A program made the position numbers and the translations under genes. This document shows positions 63,501-64,000 of a DNA stretch of 64,000 nt, piece after piece. The stretch covers positions 96,534,001-96,598,000 of the forward strand of contig NC_091996.1 in the NCBI RefSeq assembly GCF_044704955.1, read 5' to 3'. This stretch comes from Pristiophorus japonicus (taxonomy: Eukaryota). The notes under the pieces were generated by a model that was given only the letters and a program-made list of their open reading frames with translations, did no database searches and was not told the DNA's origin. How positions within the stretch are numbered: position 1 is the stretch's first letter; the number at the start of each line of letters is the position of its first letter.

Positions 63501-64000
63501 TGGGCCATGGGGGGAGAGAGGGGGCGGGGCGGGGCTGGGCCATGGGGGGAGAGAGGGGGCGGGGCTGGGCCATGGGGGAGAGAGGGGGCGGGGCCATGGG
63601 GGGGAGAGAGGGGGCGGGGCTGGGCCATGGGGGGGAGAGAGGGGGCGGGGCTGGGCCATGGGGGAGAGAGGGGGCGGGGCTACGGCTGGGCCAGGTGGGA
63701 GAGAGGGGGCGGGGCTAGGGCTGGGCCATGGGGGGAGAGAGGGGGCGGGGCTGGGCCATGGGGGGAGAGAGGGGGCTGGGCTGTGCCATGGGGGGGAGAG
63801 AGGGGGCGGGGCTACGGCTGGGCCAGGTGGGAGAGAGGGGGCGGGGCTAGGGCTGGGCCATGGGGGGAGAGAGGGGGCGGGGCTGGGCCATGGGGGGAGA
63901 GAGGGGGCTGGGCCATGGGGGGGAGAGAGGGAGGGGGCGGGGCCATGGGGGGAGAGGGGGGCGGGGCTGTGCCATGGGGGGAGAGAGGGGTTGGGGCTGG
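63500..64000. repeat. G-rich minisatellite of about 30 bp containing Sp1 GC boxes
   Basis: Units of GGGGGAGAGAGGGGGCGGGGCTGGGCCAT. Confidence 0.92.

Overview
This is vertebrate genomic DNA, almost certainly from a cartilaginous fish (shark-type CR1 LINEs and SacSINE1/DeuSINE-type SINEs). It is GC-rich, dominated by retrotransposons and minisatellites, and has four assembly gaps. The one well-supported host gene is a five-coding-exon SCHIP1-like gene on the minus strand (exons 42519-42625, 39101-39206, 36729-36878, 35711-35819, 28758-28867; about 183 aa). All its splice sites are GT-AG and all exon phases match. It has a probable non-coding first exon and CCAAT promoter near 57.5 kb and a 3' UTR intron. 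A CpG-rich bidirectional-looking promoter at about 14.0-14.6 kb may feed a second minus-strand transcript carrying an unrecognised 89-aa ORF. An RFX/NRF1-type promoter at about 63.2-63.5 kb starts a plus-strand gene. The remainder is CR1, L2, RTE, Penelope and Tx1 retroelements, SINEs, MITE/LTR remnants and tandem arrays. The most striking items are a Tx1-clade element with a 15-bp TSD inside a CR1, recurrent minisatellite birth inside specific SINE/LINE segments, an RTE-tailed non-autonomous element, a 22-bp micro-inversion, and a polarised G-rich array at a splice donor. The very long ORFs in the track are repeat artefacts.
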